The notes: a model not told the origin generated them from the letters alone. A stretch of 64,000 bases of DNA from Acidimicrobiia bacterium (GCA_965215185.1 OZ244034.1:64001-128000), one strand, 5' to 3'. Positions 39,376 through 52,813 are shown, counted from the first letter of the stretch. Numbers and translations are program-made.

Positions 39376-40509
39376 GTGGAAGGGCAGGGCTCAGGGGAGC
39401 GGGGATCGACTGTCTCCTCAACGCCAGCCATCTCTCCTTATTTGGTTCACCCTGACGGCTTGGAGGAAGTGGTGGGGGCGGAGGAGCCCGCTTTTCGCTC
39501 CAGGCAACTGCGGGAGTGGCTCTACAAGAACCCGGTGCTCCATCCCCGGGAGATGACCAATCTGCCCAGCGACCTTCGGGGTTCCCTGGAAGATCGCTTG
39601 TGGCCCTTCGAAGTGGGGGAGCACCAGGTTGCCGACCAGGGGGCCACGCACAAGTGGCTGTTCACTATGCCGGACGGCGCCGCGATAGAGGCGGTGGCAA
39701 TGGGCTATGGCACACGCACCACTTTGTGCGTATCGTCTCAAGCTGGGTGCGCTTTAGCGTGCACCTTTTGCGCCACGGGGCAGTTTGGCTTCGAAAGGCA
39801 CCTGCAGGCGGGGGAGATCGTGGCCCAACTGACCTACGCCAATGCCTTTCTCCGCGCTCACCCTATGCAGGGTTCCCCAGCGAGGGTCACCAATGTGGTG
39901 TTCATGGGAATGGGTGAGCCCTTGGCAAACTATCCCCGCCTGAGAGAGTCAATCAGACTGATGGTTGAGGAAGTAGGCATGTCGGCTCGCTCTTTGACCG
40001 TTTCCACGGTGGGTGTCGTTCCTGGAATACGTCGCCTGGCCGAGGAGCCTTGGCCTGTCAACTTGGCGGTGAGTCTGCATGCCGCCGATGACGAACTGCG
40101 CTCCCAGTTGGTTCCGCTCAACCGGCGCTATCCCCTTGCCCAGGTGGAGGCGGCTGCCTCCTACTACTTCCAGAGGAAGGGGAGAAGGGTTTCTTTGGAA
40201 TGGACCATGATCAAAGATGTGAACGATGGCCCTTCCCAGGCCGAAGGTCTGGCCTTGATCGCCCGACGACTTCGGGCTCACGTCAATCTGATCGCACTCA
40301 ACACCACCCCGTTGAGCACCGATGTGCCCTCCAGTCCGGCAGCCATCAAACGCTTCGCGGCCACCCTGCGCAACAGGGGGGTGAATGTGACGGTGCGGAA
40401 TACTCGGGGAACCAAGATAGATGCCGCCTGTGGCCAACTTCGGGTGAAGTCTCTCCCAGCCAAGCAACGAAGTTCGGCCCGGCGCCGGGTCCTGGTCCAC
40501 GTCGAGTAG
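39376..40509 (+). CDS. rlmN: Dual-specificity 23S rRNA/tRNA methyltransferase RlmN
   Basis: CVSSQAGCALACTFCATG, VFMGMGEP, SLHA, IDAACGQL. Start uncertain. Confidence 0.95.
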   Translation: MEGQGSGERGSTVSSTPAISPYLVHPDGLEEVVGAEEPAFRSRQLREWLYKNPVLHPREMTNLPSDLRGSLEDRLWPFEVGEHQVADQGATHKWLFTMPDGAAIEAVAMGYGTRTTLCVSSQAGCALACTFCATGQFGFERHLQAGEIVAQLTYANAFLRAHPMQGSPARVTNVVFMGMGEPLANYPRLRESIRLMVEEVGMSARSLTVSTVGVVPGIRRLAEEPWPVNLAVSLHAADDELRSQLVPLNRRYPLAQVEAAASYYFQRKGRRVSLEWTMIKDVNDGPSQAEGLALIARRLRAHVNLIALNTTPLSTDVPSSPAAIKRFAATLRNRGVNVTVRNTRGTKIDAACGQLRVKSLPAKQRSSARRRVLVHVE

Positions 40510-40527
40510 GTTGGTACTGTGGCGGTG

Positions 40528-41607
40528 ATGGACAGTCAGACCGGCATCCTCCCCGAACTGATGGAAGTGAGGGTTGACGAGCAATTCAAGGAGGGGAGGC
40601 TCGCCGAATATCTGCGTGATCGTCTTCCCGGCAGTGACCAAACGCTGGAGGTTCGACAGTTTGCGCGGGGTAAGGCCAACCTTACCTATCTGCTCAGCTA
40701 TGGTGACCCCGAGTCGCCTACAGAGTACGTACTCAGGCGTCCGCCGCTCGGCCCGGTTGCGCCCGGCTCCCACGATATGGAGCGCGAGTTCCGGGTGCTC
40801 TCCACTCTGTGGCGCGGCTTTCCCCTGGCGGCTCGCGCCTACCTCTTTTGTGACGACGATTCCGTGATCGGAGCTCCCTTCTTCGTTATGGAGCGTCGGC
40901 GGGGAGTAGTTGTGCAGGGAGCGGTTCCTCCCAAGTTTGGAGGTGGGGAGGATGTCGAGAGCAACCGCAAGTTATCCGAGGTGGTGGTGGATACCTTGGC
41001 GCAGTTTCACGCGGTGGCGCCGGACTCGGCGGGATTGGCGGATTTGGGTCGTCCGGAGGGTTTCATGGAGCGTCAGTTGCGAGGTTGGATAGGGCGTTGG
41101 AATCGGGCTCGACACGAACCCAATCCGTTGGTGGAAGAGTTGGCTGGGTGGCTGGAGAAGACCAAACCCGTTTCCCCTCCCGCCACCCTGCTCCACAATG
41201 ACTGGCGTTTGGACAACATGGCCGTGGACCCCGATGATCCGGGAAGATGCGTAGCTGTCTATGACTGGGACATGTGCACCCAAGGTGATCCGTTTGCCGA
41301 CGTCGGAACGTTGATGGCTTGTTGGTTCGACAATGATGAACAATCGATTCTTCTCGATCCCATGCCCACTCGTTCCCCGGGATTCATGACTCGCCGGGAG
41401 GCAATCGACCGTTACGGACGGAAGTCGGGTCGCGATATATCCGGCATGGATTGGTATTTGGTGTTCGGCACCTTCAAGATGGGCGTGATTCTTCAACAGA
41501 TATACATCCGCTGGTTAAGGGGCCAAACTAAGGACGACCGGTTTGCTTCGATGGGAAGAGACGCAACCCGGCTCTTCGAGTTGGCTGCCACTCGCCGGTC
41601 CCCATAA
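40528..41607 (+). CDS. APH-family phosphotransferase (ACAD10/11-like kinase domain)
   Basis: G.ANLTY, VLRRPP, HDMERE, LHNDWRLDN, DWDM. Confidence 0.9.
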   Translation: MDSQTGILPELMEVRVDEQFKEGRLAEYLRDRLPGSDQTLEVRQFARGKANLTYLLSYGDPESPTEYVLRRPPLGPVAPGSHDMEREFRVLSTLWRGFPLAARAYLFCDDDSVIGAPFFVMERRRGVVVQGAVPPKFGGGEDVESNRKLSEVVVDTLAQFHAVAPDSAGLADLGRPEGFMERQLRGWIGRWNRARHEPNPLVEELAGWLEKTKPVSPPATLLHNDWRLDNMAVDPDDPGRCVAVYDWDMCTQGDPFADVGTLMACWFDNDEQSILLDPMPTRSPGFMTRREAIDRYGRKSGRDISGMDWYLVFGTFKMGVILQQIYIRWLRGQTKDDRFASMGRDATRLFELAATRRSP

Positions 41608-41771
41608 AGCCCTATTTGACGAGATCAATCGGTAGGGGAGTTTTATTAGTCACAAAGGGTTTACGTAGGTGTGTTAAATCCTATGATGCCCTGTAGTATA
41701 TCATTTCTCCCGATATGTCCTATTAGGAATAGAAAACCGATTCTATTTCAGGTTTGTCTGCTAAAGTAGAT

Positions 41772-42189
41772 ATGAGGGAACAAAGTCTTTCCGCAAAGAA
41801 AGAAAGTTTCGCGGCTTGGCTGAACAGTTTGCCGGCGTCCGGTGTTGGAATAGCGGTGGACTACCAACAGTCCTATGGGATGAGTTAGGTAGACGCCAAG
41901 GCCATGGAGTTTCTTTATGGCGCTCCCCTGGGCCCCCGACAACTTGCTGAGAAGTTGTCGATGAGTCCGGCGGGGATTGGTAAAGCGTCGCCGCCATCCC
42001 GCTGATCGGCGTCGTTCGCTGGTGTTCATTACCGACAAGGCTCTGGTCTCGAGCTTTCAGCGTGAGCAGGTTCGAGAACTCATAGACAGGGCGGTAGAGG
42101 ATGCCACCGAATGCCAATTGGAGGTCCTCTACGAATTCCTTGAGGAACCCGGGCGCGAACTCTTGAGCGAGGGCCTGATCAAAACGTAA
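41772..42189 (+). pseudogene. MarR-family regulator pseudogene
   Basis: Frame 1 reads ...YGMS*VDAKAMEFLYGAPLGPRQLAEKLSMSPAGI (TAG at 41886-41888); after a deletion/frameshift near 41976 it continues LVKRRRHPADRRRSLVFIT (MarR wing DRR motif). Confidence 0.75.
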
Positions 42190-42198
42190 TTGTTATAG

Positions 42199-43716
42199 GT
42201 GTTTGAACCGGTAGCCTCTGCAACTGTGGCGATTCTGGCGGTTTCTGGACCTTCTCAAAAGTGTGTTGAGGCCGGGGCCGGTATGGCGCGGGCGGGTGGT
42301 AACGCGGTTGATGCCGCGCTCTCTGCGATGATGGTGGCTCTGGTGACTGAGGTGGCCGTGATAGGTCCGGGTGCAGGCGGGTTTGTGACGGTGGGGGGCC
42401 CCAGCCAACGCCCGATTGTGTATGACGGGGCGATGGCCATGCCCGGTTTGGGATTGGATGCCGACCGGTTGGGGGGCGGCGGCGTGCCGGTGCACATCGG
42501 TTATGGAGGAGGGGTGGACACGATAGTCGGTCCGGGCAGTGTGGCGGTGCCCGGGGGATGGGCGGCGATGGACGCCGTGTGGCGCGATCACGGCACCGCA
42601 CCCTGGCGAGAAATAGTGGCGCCGACTCTCGACTACGCTCGCCGGGGCTTTCCCCTGGGGTCGGTCGCTGACTACTACCTGCAGTACTCTTTTGATCCGA
42701 TCTTCTCGCTTGATCCCATATCCCGGGCGGCGCTTCACAATGGGAATCGTCGACGCACCACCGGCGAGTTGATGTGGTTGCCAGGCTTGGCGGACGCATT
42801 GTCGGCCATATCTTCCGACGGGGCCCAAGTCATGTATCAAGGCGAATTGGGAGAAGCCATCTCTTCGGACATACTCGATCGGGGAGGGATCATCACTCGC
42901 CGGGACCTGGCTGAGTACCGGGTGAAGAAACGATCCCCGATCATCCTTCAGTTGGGTGAATGGACGGTGGTTCTAAATCCGCCGCCGGCGGTGGGAGGGG
43001 TAGCACTGGCCGGTATGTTGACCAAAGTCGGATACCACCCGCCTCTGTGCTCCCGACGCCTGGTCGAGGCGCAGTTAGAGGTGCTGAATTCCCGCCGTTT
43101 GAATGTGAGCGGGGTTGAGGATTGGCGGGAAGGCATTGGAATCATGTCGGCTGATATCTTGGCCGGGTTGGGCTCTCCCTCCACGGTGAACATCTCGGCG
43201 GTTGATGCCTCCGGTCTGGCCTGCGCCGTCACCTTGTCATGTGGATATGGTTCGGGAGTGGTGGCGGGGGGAAGCGGGATGTGGATGAATAATTCGCTGG
43301 GGGAGATAGAACTGACCGGTGGAAGGTTTCACGGGCAGCCTGCCGGGCAGCGTCTGATGTCGAACATGGCTCCAACGGTGATGTGGAAGGACACCGGAGA
43401 GGTAGTGGCAGCTGGATCGCCCGGGGCGGACCGGATCACCACCGCTCTCCAGTCGACCCTTCTGTCGGTGATCGTGGAGGGATCCTCCTTGGCGGAGGCG
43501 GTCGAGCGTTATCGAGGTCATGTCGAACACACCGCGCAGGGGTGGAGTCTTTGCCATGAGGAAGGTTTTCCTGTGGAGGGACTGCACATGCCCCGGCGCT
43601 CCTTTGCGGGTCGCCACATGTTCTTTGGCGGGGTCAGCGCCGCCGCCCTCAACCGCGAGGGTTCCATGGAGGCGGTGGCGGACTCCCGGCGGGTGGGGAA
43701 GGGGGCCGTGGTTTGA
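42199..43716 (+). CDS. Gamma-glutamyltransferase family protein
   Basis: GGNAVDAA, GAGGF, SVAVPG, T nucleophile in STVNISAVD, NN, SNMAPT, GSPGADRI, DSRR. Confidence 0.9.
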   Translation: MFEPVASATVAILAVSGPSQKCVEAGAGMARAGGNAVDAALSAMMVALVTEVAVIGPGAGGFVTVGGPSQRPIVYDGAMAMPGLGLDADRLGGGGVPVHIGYGGGVDTIVGPGSVAVPGGWAAMDAVWRDHGTAPWREIVAPTLDYARRGFPLGSVADYYLQYSFDPIFSLDPISRAALHNGNRRRTTGELMWLPGLADALSAISSDGAQVMYQGELGEAISSDILDRGGIITRRDLAEYRVKKRSPIILQLGEWTVVLNPPPAVGGVALAGMLTKVGYHPPLCSRRLVEAQLEVLNSRRLNVSGVEDWREGIGIMSADILAGLGSPSTVNISAVDASGLACAVTLSCGYGSGVVAGGSGMWMNNSLGEIELTGGRFHGQPAGQRLMSNMAPTVMWKDTGEVVAAGSPGADRITTALQSTLLSVIVEGSSLAEAVERYRGHVEHTAQGWSLCHEEGFPVEGLHMPRRSFAGRHMFFGGVSAAALNREGSMEAVADSRRVGKGAVV

Positions 43717-44468
43717 AGCGGGCTAACTATTCATTTCTGGCCAGATGGCAATGGTCGGTTGCGCACTTGGCGGTGCTGATGTTGGTATTGCTGCTGATCA
43801 GCCTGGGCTTTTGGCAACTGCGACGTCTGGAGGAGAGACAACTCTCCAACCAGGTGGGTCTGACTCGTAATACCGCCGCGCCCGTGGATTTGGAGTCGAC
43901 GGTGGCGGGCGCCGGGTCGGAGGTGGATTCTCTCGAATACCGCAGGGCCGCAACCCGGGGAGAATGGGACCCCGCCTATGAGATATATGTTCGTTCCCAA
44001 GTTCGGGATGGCCGCTCCGGGCTGTGGGTGGTCACTCCTTTGGTGTTATCCGATGGTCGGGCGGTTATGGTGAATCGGGGCTGGATTCCAGTCGGGTTGG
44101 ATCGCAGAGAAGCCTCTCCTCCTTCAGGGGAGGTGGAGGTGATCGGGGTGATCAAAGCCTCACGGTCCCGGTCCGCCTTGGGCCCCGAGGACCGGCCCGG
44201 CATAGAGGACACCGTCGCCCGGGTGGATTTGGTCATCCTCGATGATTATGTGCCGTATTCCTTGCTGGAGGTTTACCTAGAGGAATCCTCGATTAATCCT
44301 GATCCGTGGCCGCTGAGGCTCGACGAGCCGATCTTTGATGACGAAGGATCACATCTGATTTACGCTGTACAGTGGTTCTCCTTCGCCTTGGTCGCGCTGG
44401 TGGGCTACAGCGCTTTGATCAGGGCCAAAGCCCACCGTCGCCACCAGCCCGCCGCGGCAGCGGAATAG
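43713..44468 (+). CDS. SURF1 family protein
   Basis: LGFWQLRRL, VVTPL, VNRGWIP, HLIYAVQWF. Confidence 0.93.
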   Translation: MKRANYSFLARWQWSVAHLAVLMLVLLLISLGFWQLRRLEERQLSNQVGLTRNTAAPVDLESTVAGAGSEVDSLEYRRAATRGEWDPAYEIYVRSQVRDGRSGLWVVTPLVLSDGRAVMVNRGWIPVGLDRREASPPSGEVEVIGVIKASRSRSALGPEDRPGIEDTVARVDLVILDDYVPYSLLEVYLEESSINPDPWPLRLDEPIFDDEGSHLIYAVQWFSFALVALVGYSALIRAKAHRRHQPAAAAE

Positions 44469-44497
44469 GGGTTTGCCTCATCAGGGGGATCTCGATA

Positions 44498-45397
44498 TCA
44501 CGGTGCCCTACACCCATCGGCCTCTGATGCAGGTTCGTCGGCGACTATTCGGGCACACAGCCAGGTGCGTTCGATGCTCTTGAGGGTGAACCCTTCACCA
44601 CTTTCGTGAACATGGGCGAACACATGAAGACGAAAACCGATGAATGCGTCTCCGGATGGATTGGTGACATCCATTGTGATCTCGCCGAGATCACCAACCA
44701 CCGGGGCACCTGCGATGGCGATCCTCGACAACGGATCATCGGCCGCCACCGCCTCGGCGACAATCTGACCGAGATCGATCATGGTCTCGGTAGTCGGGGT
44801 CTGGCCCATCGACGTGATTATTTGCCACGTGACGTCGTCGGTGGAACCCAGATATGCCAGATGGAGGCTGTTCACCCATCCGGTCGCTTCGCCCACTGAC
44901 ACTTCATACCACAGGTTGGCTTCCAGGACGCGGATGTTCCCGGTGGCCACGATCTCCTGGGCCAGGGAGTCAAGGGTGGCGACGACTTCTTCCCCGGCCG
45001 GCTGCCCATAGACACTCACATGTTCGGCGTGGTTTATGCCCACTGTGGCAAGCGCCGTACCTTCCGCCGGCCCTCCGCCTAACGGCAATATCGCCACGCT
45101 CTCTTCGTTGGGTCCCGACGGCTCGGCGCTCTGTTCCTCCGGGCCGGAGATACTGGAGAGGAGGGGAGCGGTGGTGGATGTCGTGGTGGGTGTGAAGTGG
45201 GTTGTCGAGATAGAGGTGGTGGAAGGCGCCGATGCCCTGCCGGAAACGGATGTGACTACCGGCGCGGATTGCCTTCCGGTCGTTACGGTCACCGAACTCT
45301 CAGGGAGGGAACCGTCGGAGGGTTGCGGGGGGCTTTCTCCGCAGGCAGACAGCAGGATCAACGCCAAGGCCGTCGAGGTGAGAACTCGGGCGATCAC
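44498..45397 (-). CDS. Lipoprotein with Ser/Thr-rich linker and SH3-like domain
   Basis: Lipobox LSAC; WYEV...ATGWVNSLHL resembles bacterial SH3. Confidence 0.6.
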   Translation of the reverse strand: MIARVLTSTALALILLSACGESPPQPSDGSLPESSVTVTTGRQSAPVVTSVSGRASAPSTTSISTTHFTPTTTSTTAPLLSSISGPEEQSAEPSGPNEESVAILPLGGGPAEGTALATVGINHAEHVSVYGQPAGEEVVATLDSLAQEIVATGNIRVLEANLWYEVSVGEATGWVNSLHLAYLGSTDDVTWQIITSMGQTPTTETMIDLGQIVAEAVAADDPLSRIAIAGAPVVGDLGEITMDVTNPSGDAFIGFRLHVFAHVHESGEGFTLKSIERTWLCARIVADEPASEADGCRAP

Positions 45398-45449
45398 TGG
45401 GGAAACTACCTGTCCCTGGTTGTGGCTGGTCCTTTCCGCAAAAGCTGCA

Positions 45450-47329
<1,880 letters not shown>

Positions 47330-47634
47330 TCAGGCGGGGTCAGTCACACCAAATTGAGCTAAGCCTGACAAACTGCCCGAGGGCCGGTAGTCATTCGCAT
47401 TCGATGACGACCGCACCAGACCCTCCAGCGAGGAGATGGCCTGCGACTGTCGGACAGATATATCATGATGGCCCGGCGCATTATAAATAAGGGAGGCGTC
47501 TGCCTGCAATCTCTGCTGGTACGCACGGCCCAGTGGAAGGTGTCGCCATCCCCGGCATCCCCCCTTTGAGCCACCCCCCCACAGTCAGGGTGTCTACGGT
47601 GTGAATCTCAGTCGGGGGATTTCTTCGGTAATCC

Positions 47635-49641
47635 TCATTGGTTTAAGGCTTGCTTCAGATCTGTCAAGGTATCCAGTGGGGCGTCACAGGTGAAACCGCG
47701 GCAGACGTAAGCCAGGGTCCTTCCCTGAATACCGCGGCCTCTGAGGAGGGGGACGGTTTCTTCCTTCGGTGACTGTGCGGGGCCTGGTCCCCGGGTGTGA
47801 GCCAGTACCAGCCCCGGTCGGTAACCAGCCTGCACCTCCTGCGCCCAGCGGGCCGCCTCGGGGCCCACCAACGCCACTTCCACGGGTCCGTTTCCCAGAC
47901 CTTGTGCCATGGACAGGAGGCGCCCCACCGCCGATGGCGCCTTCTCCATCAAGAGAGCGCCATCCTCAACCGCCTCTTGCGCCAGTGACCACCATTGTGC
48001 TTCCCCCGTGTACTGACCGAGAGTCAAGAGGGCCTGGGCTGCCAGGGAATTTCCGGACGGGGAGGGATTGTCCATCAGATCCTTGGGACGGGATATAAGC
48101 CTGTCGGCATCCACGCCAGTGGCGAAGAATCCCCCGGATGGATCCCTGAACAGGCGAGGTATCTCCTCGGTGAATCGGGCGGCTTCCTCGTACCACTGGC
48201 TCTCGCCGGTGGCCTGGTAGAGGGAGAACAGGCCCGTAGCCATTGCTGCGTAGTCCTCAAGGAAGCCCGGACCCCCTCTCCGGCCCCTGGCCCACACCCG
48301 GGACAGGCGCCCCGAATCAGGAGCTCGCATCTCATCGAGAACGAACCGGGCGGCCGAGCGGGCTTCGGCGAGGTAGTCGTCGCGGCCCAAGAGGGCCCCG
48401 GCCTCGGCGAAAGCCTGAATGGCCAGACCGTTCCAGGCGGCCACGATCTTGAAATCCAGTCCCGGCCGCACTCTTTGGGAGCGGTGATCCAACATACTTT
48501 GGCTGGCGCGTTTGATGGCCGGGGGGGTGGACGCCAGGGCGCTCTTACGGGTCAGGATGTTGGCCCCCTCGAAGTTTCCCCCCTCGCTAGCACCGAACCA
48601 GTCGGCCACCTCCGGGCCAACGGTCGGTCCCGCCACCTCCAGTATTTCCCGCAGTGACCAGACATAGAAGAGACCCTCGACGCCTTCGGAGTCGGCATCT
48701 TCGGCGGAGTAGAAGCCTCCCCCGGGATTTCGCATGTCTCTTACCAGATAGTCGAGAGTCTGGATGGCGATTTCTGTGAAGGCCTGCTCTCGCAGTACCT
48801 TGCCCGCCCACAAATAGATCCTGGCCAGAGGGGCGTTGTCATACAGCATTTTTTCGAAGTGGGGCACCAGCCATTTCTCGTCCACCGAATAGCGGGCAAA
48901 TCCTCCCCCCAACTGATCGAAGATGCCGCCGGCTGCCATTCGCTCCAGGGTCAGACCCAGCATCGAACCCGACGTCTGAGCCCAAGGTTCCCCGGAGAGG
49001 GCCAGTAGGAATTCCAAGAGGGGCTGCTGGGGAAATTTCGGAGCTCTGCCAAACCCGCCGTGCACCGGGTCGAAGGAGGACCGGATACGTTGATACGCCT
49101 GCTCCAGTTGCTCGGTTTCGGGGAGTCCTTCCCCCGATGGAATCCTTCGCCCGATCAGAGAAGAGAGTTTGGAGGCATGTTCCGCCACCTCGTCTCCTCT
49201 TTCCCTCCAAGCCTGAGAGATGGACTCCAAGACCTGGGTGAAAGAGGGCATTCCCCCTCTCGGGCGAGGTGGGTAATAAGTGCCTGCATAAAAGGGCTGG
49301 CCGTCGGGGTTCATAAACACGGTGAGGGGCCACCCCCCTCGGCCGGTGAGCATCTGGCAGGCTTCCATGTAGATGGCGTCGACGTCGGGTCGTTCTTCCC
49401 GGTCCACCTTGATATTCACAAACAGGCGGTTCATGATGTCGGCGATCGCCGGGTCCTCAAAAGACTCGTGCGCCATGACATGACACCAGTGACAGGCCGA
49501 ATAGCCCACCGACAGCAAAACGGGGAGGTTGTTGGATTTGGCTTGCGCAAAGGCTTCCTGTTCCCACTCCCACCAGTGGACCGGGTTGTCGGCGTGTTGC
49601 AATAGGTAGGGTGAGGTTGAAGAGGAGAGTCGATTAACCAT
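47635..49641 (-). CDS. Thioredoxin-domain protein, YyaL/SSP411 family
   Basis: NRL....[40 protein letters not shown]. Start trimmed to MVNRL. Confidence 0.94.
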   Translation of the reverse strand: MVNRLSSSTSPYLLQHADNPVHWWEWEQEAFAQAKSNNLPVLLSVGYSACHWCHVMAHESFEDPAIADIMNRLFVNIKVDREERPDVDAIYMEACQMLTGRGGWPLTVFMNPDGQPFYAGTYYPPRPRGGMPSFTQVLESISQAWRERGDEVAEHASKLSSLIGRRIPSGEGLPETEQLEQAYQRIRSSFDPVHGGFGRAPKFPQQPLLEFLLALSGEPWAQTSGSMLGLTLERMAAGGIFDQLGGGFARYSVDEKWLVPHFEKMLYDNAPLARIYLWAGKVLREQAFTEIAIQTLDYLVRDMRNPGGGFYSAEDADSEGVEGLFYVWSLREILEVAGPTVGPEVADWFGASEGGNFEGANILTRKSALASTPPAIKRASQSMLDHRSQRVRPGLDFKIVAAWNGLAIQAFAEAGALLGRDDYLAEARSAARFVLDEMRAPDSGRLSRVWARGRRGGPGFLEDYAAMATGLFSLYQATGESQWYEEAARFTEEIPRLFRDPSGGFFATGVDADRLISRPKDLMDNPSPSGNSLAAQALLTLGQYTGEAQWWSLAQEAVEDGALLMEKAPSAVGRLLSMAQGLGNGPVEVALVGPEAARWAQEVQAGYRPGLVLAHTRGPGPAQSPKEETVPLLRGRGIQGRTLAYVCRGFTCDAPLDTLTDLKQALNQ

Positions 49642-49759
49642 TTGTCCCCTTAGAGGATAAGGAGCGGCGATACCGGTGCGATCGGGATAAGTTCGCAGTT
49701 GCTTATCTGCGCCGTAATATCTGTCTAGTGAGGATGCCATCAATCGGCTAGCCCTTTTT

Positions 49760-51706
49760 TTGGGATTTTTCAAGGGTTTTTTGGGAAAACATCTGCGGGT
49801 GGCGCCCGTTTTTGTCTTGGTCGCCGTACTTGCGTGGGGGGTGAGCTTTCCCGCCAGCGGGGGAAGCGGATTTGGCATAGCAGGACCGGCGCCCGCCTTG
49901 GCGCAGGAGGCCCCCAACCCTCGGGGGGACGATCCTTTGAAAATCGTTCCCTTTGCCAACACTTCCCACCGGGTGTATTCACTGTCTGAGGATCTGTGGG
50001 AGGTGTGGGTGTGCAGGGTGCCCGGCTGGGATACCCAGGTTGATCTCGGGGAGGTTGTGGGTTTTCTCAACACCTCTGTCGGCCCCTATTTCCGGGAATT
50101 GTCCGATGGGAGATACCGGCCCATTTTCAGGGAGGGAGGACGAGTGGAAAGCTCCGACGAGGTGGCGAGCGGTCCTGGTTTGGAGGAGGGAGTTTTCGCT
50201 CCCGGCTGTGCCGAGGCTGTCCGTCGGGAGGCTACTGCGCGGGAGAGTGAGAGGTTTCCCGAGGAAACCGGGCCGGCCGGCGCTCTGATTGTGGTGGAGT
50301 TCGAGGGATACCGGACCGGCTACGGGACCTTTGGGAACTTGTGCCCCGAGGTCTATCAGCCAGGATGTGAGCCTTCCTATCCGTCCAACCGGCGGCTGGT
50401 GGTCGTGGGCGCGGGAGCGGTGGTTGCGCAGCCGCCCCTCACTAATCCTTTCTGGTCGTTGGTGGTGCATGAGATGGGTCATGCCTTGGCCTGGCCACAT
50501 TCCTACAGTGGCAAATTCTCCACCACCCGGCCGGGAGCCCTGGGGTTTTACGACAATCCCATGGACATCATGAGCAATATCCCCCTTACCGCTCCCCAGG
50601 GAACTACTGTTTACAACCGCTATGTATCCGGGTGGGTGGCCCCCGATTCGGTGGAGATCTACTGGGGCGGCAAGGACGTTTACCGCCTTCATCGGGAAGG
50701 GGCGGCTCCCGGGCTGGCGCAGATGGTGGTGATACCGGAGCGAGTGATCGAAGGGCAGCCCGCCGAAGGAGTCAACCCGGCGGGGGAAGGTCTTTTCTAT
50801 GTATTGGGAGTAAGGAGATTGTCGGGTCTGGATTCAGGCGTGCCCAAGGTGGGAGTGGAGGTCTACAAGATAGACCAGCGCCGGGAGGTCTGTGGGTCGG
50901 TCCGCAGATCATGGCCTGATCACTGGCCTTGTTTCGCGGTCTGGACCAGAGTTGCCCAAGCGGTGCTACCTGATTTCTTCGGAGGGGTGGACCATGTGAT
51001 CTCCATTGATGAGCAGATAAAGTTGGGCAATACCCGGATAAGAGTGTTGAGCGCCGATTCGGTCTCGTTTGAGGTGAGCATCGAAACGCGGCTCTCCGGT
51101 CGCTTTCTTGACGATGACGGGCTGGTTCATGAGCCCGACATTGAGACCATCGCCTCTCTGGGAATAACTCTTGGATGTGAGGATCGTATGTTCTGTCCCG
51201 ACCGGGCGGTCACCAGAGCGGAGATGAGCGCCTTCTTGGTGAGGGCGCTTCGGGACTCACTGCCCATCGCTCAGGGGGGTCTGGGTGCCGAGCCACCCTG
51301 GGACGGACTCACTGGGTCTGGGGATCCGGTGTTTTTGGATGTATCTTCTCAGGACTGGTTCGCGGCCTATGTGGAACAGTTGGCTGCGGGAGGAATAACC
51401 CTGGGGTATGGGGACGGCACCTACCGACCCAACCGACCGGTAAGCCGAGGGGAGATGGCGGTCTTCTTGACTAAAGCCTTCAACATTCCTGTTGCGGACC
51501 CGATCGGGATATTCGATGACGTAGCGCCCGACGTTTTTTACGCAGGTGCGGCGGAGGCTCTGTACCGAGCCGGCGTCACTGTTGGCTGTGAAGTGTCGTT
51601 AAGTGATGATCAAGCGCCGGCACTTCTCTCCTACTGTCCCGACGAGGAAGTCTCCCGCGCTCAGATGGCGTCGTTTCTGGCTAGCCCCTTGCGAGATGCT
51701 CGGTGA
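49760..51706 (+). CDS. Secreted zinc-metalloprotease-like protein with three C-terminal S-layer homology (SLH) repeats
   Basis: Signal peptide, [11 protein letters not shown] (HExxH....H), DIMS Met-turn; SLH-like [30 protein letters not shown]. Confidence 0.8.
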   Translation: MGFFKGFLGKHLRVAPVFVLVAVLAWGVSFPASGGSGFGIAGPAPALAQEAPNPRGDDPLKIVPFANTSHRVYSLSEDLWEVWVCRVPGWDTQVDLGEVVGFLNTSVGPYFRELSDGRYRPIFREGGRVESSDEVASGPGLEEGVFAPGCAEAVRREATARESERFPEETGPAGALIVVEFEGYRTGYGTFGNLCPEVYQPGCEPSYPSNRRLVVVGAGAVVAQPPLTNPFWSLVVHEMGHALAWPHSYSGKFSTTRPGALGFYDNPMDIMSNIPLTAPQGTTVYNRYVSGWVAPDSVEIYWGGKDVYRLHREGAAPGLAQMVVIPERVIEGQPAEGVNPAGEGLFYVLGVRRLSGLDSGVPKVGVEVYKIDQRREVCGSVRRSWPDHWPCFAVWTRVAQAVLPDFFGGVDHVISIDEQIKLGNTRIRVLSADSVSFEVSIETRLSGRFLDDDGLVHEPDIETIASLGITLGCEDRMFCPDRAVTRAEMSAFLVRALRDSLPIAQGGLGAEPPWDGLTGSGDPVFLDVSSQDWFAAYVEQLAAGGITLGYGDGTYRPNRPVSRGEMAVFLTKAFNIPVADPIGIFDDVAPDVFYAGAAEALYRAGVTVGCEVSLSDDQAPALLSYCPDEEVSRAQMASFLASPLRDAR

Positions 51707-51819
51707 ACCTTCATACTGCCCCCAATCACGAGTTGGCCTGAGGCGAAATCGGTTCGACTCGCCGGGCTATTTATCATGGCCGACATCACTTTGGACAATC
51801 ATCGATAAAGGGGAGAAAT

Positions 51820-52779
51820 ATGGGACCACGCGAGAGATTCTTGGTAACCGGCTCGGCAGGTTGCATCGGGTCGTGGGCAATGTGTCTGTTGTCGCGGGAG
51901 GGAACAGAGGTGATGGGCCTTGATCTTTCCACCAACCACCGTCGGCTGCGACTGCTCACCGATGAGCAGGGGTCCATGAGCTTTTTGCAGGGCGATATAA
52001 CCGACACCGAATTTGTCCAGGCAGTGGTGGCCAGCGAGGGAATAACTCACATAGTGCATCTCGCCGCTCTGCAGATTCCGTTTTGCAAAGCCGATCCGAT
52101 CGGCGGGGCCCGGGTGAACGTGGTGGGAACTGCGAACGTACTGGAAGCGGTCCGGCGGTCGGCAGTAGCAGGACTGGCCTACGCCAGTTCGGTGGCGGTG
52201 TATGGACCTCCTGAACTCTATCCGGATGGGGTGAGGGACGACTCACCCTTGGCCCCCACCACTCTTTATGGGGTTTACAAGCAGGCCAACGAACGGTCGG
52301 CAAATGTATACGCAGCCGACTACGGTGTGTCATCGGTGTGCCTGCGTCCTTGTACGGTGTACGGCCTGGGCCGCGACCAAGGCGTGACCTCGGCGCCCAC
52401 CCAAGCGATGGTGGCGGCCGCGTCCGGTACGCCCTATCACATTCCCTTTGGCGGCGCCACGCAGTTTCAACACGCCGGTGACGTAGCTCGCCTTTTCATA
52501 GCTGCTGCCCGAGCCGAGGTGGAGGGCGCTCATGTATACAACATGGGTGGCCCCTCAGTCTCCATGGCGAAAGTGGTTTCGCTCATATCCACCCAGATTC
52601 CCAGATGTGAGATCACCTTTGACGATCAGCCGCTTCCCCTGCCCGATTACTACGACGGATCGGGTCTGGATCGCTTGTTGGGAGGGGTCGAGTACCTCTC
52701 CATGGAGGAGGGCGTCAGCAATTCGATCAGCCAGTTCCGGGAACTCCTGGCCCAAGGTTTGGTCAAGCCTCCCGCATAA
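51820..52779 (+). CDS. NAD-dependent epimerase/dehydratase (extended SDR)
   Basis: TGSAGCIG, HLAA, YASSVAVYG, YGVYK. Confidence 0.92.
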   Translation: MGPRERFLVTGSAGCIGSWAMCLLSREGTEVMGLDLSTNHRRLRLLTDEQGSMSFLQGDITDTEFVQAVVASEGITHIVHLAALQIPFCKADPIGGARVNVVGTANVLEAVRRSAVAGLAYASSVAVYGPPELYPDGVRDDSPLAPTTLYGVYKQANERSANVYAADYGVSSVCLRPCTVYGLGRDQGVTSAPTQAMVAAASGTPYHIPFGGATQFQHAGDVARLFIAAARAEVEGAHVYNMGGPSVSMAKVVSLISTQIPRCEITFDDQPLPLPDYYDGSGLDRLLGGVEYLSMEEGVSNSISQFRELLAQGLVKPPA

Positions 52780-52783
52780 AGAG

Positions 52784-52813
52784 TTGGCGAGCGCCCCGGA
52801 GGACGCTCGCCAA
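52784..52813. terminator. Hairpin between convergent genes (probable bidirectional terminator)
   Basis: TTGGCGAGCG...CGCTCGCCAA. Confidence 0.65.

Noticed and set aside
47340-47370. tRNA-like GGCTTAGCTCAATTTGGT on the minus strand
   Set aside because: Resembles a D-arm start only; no closing D-stem, anticodon arm or T-arm
47410-47440. SAM-I riboswitch (TGGAGGGTCTGG resembles GGAGGGACTGG)
   Set aside because: The flanking ATC.AGAG, GCAACC and GTGC elements are missing; kept only as an unexplained structured leader
49642-50073. N-terminal extension of the YyaL-family ORF (likewise those of pncB, rlmN and btuC in the track)
   Set aside because: The extensions overlap neighbouring genes or intergenic DNA and precede the conserved family N-termini
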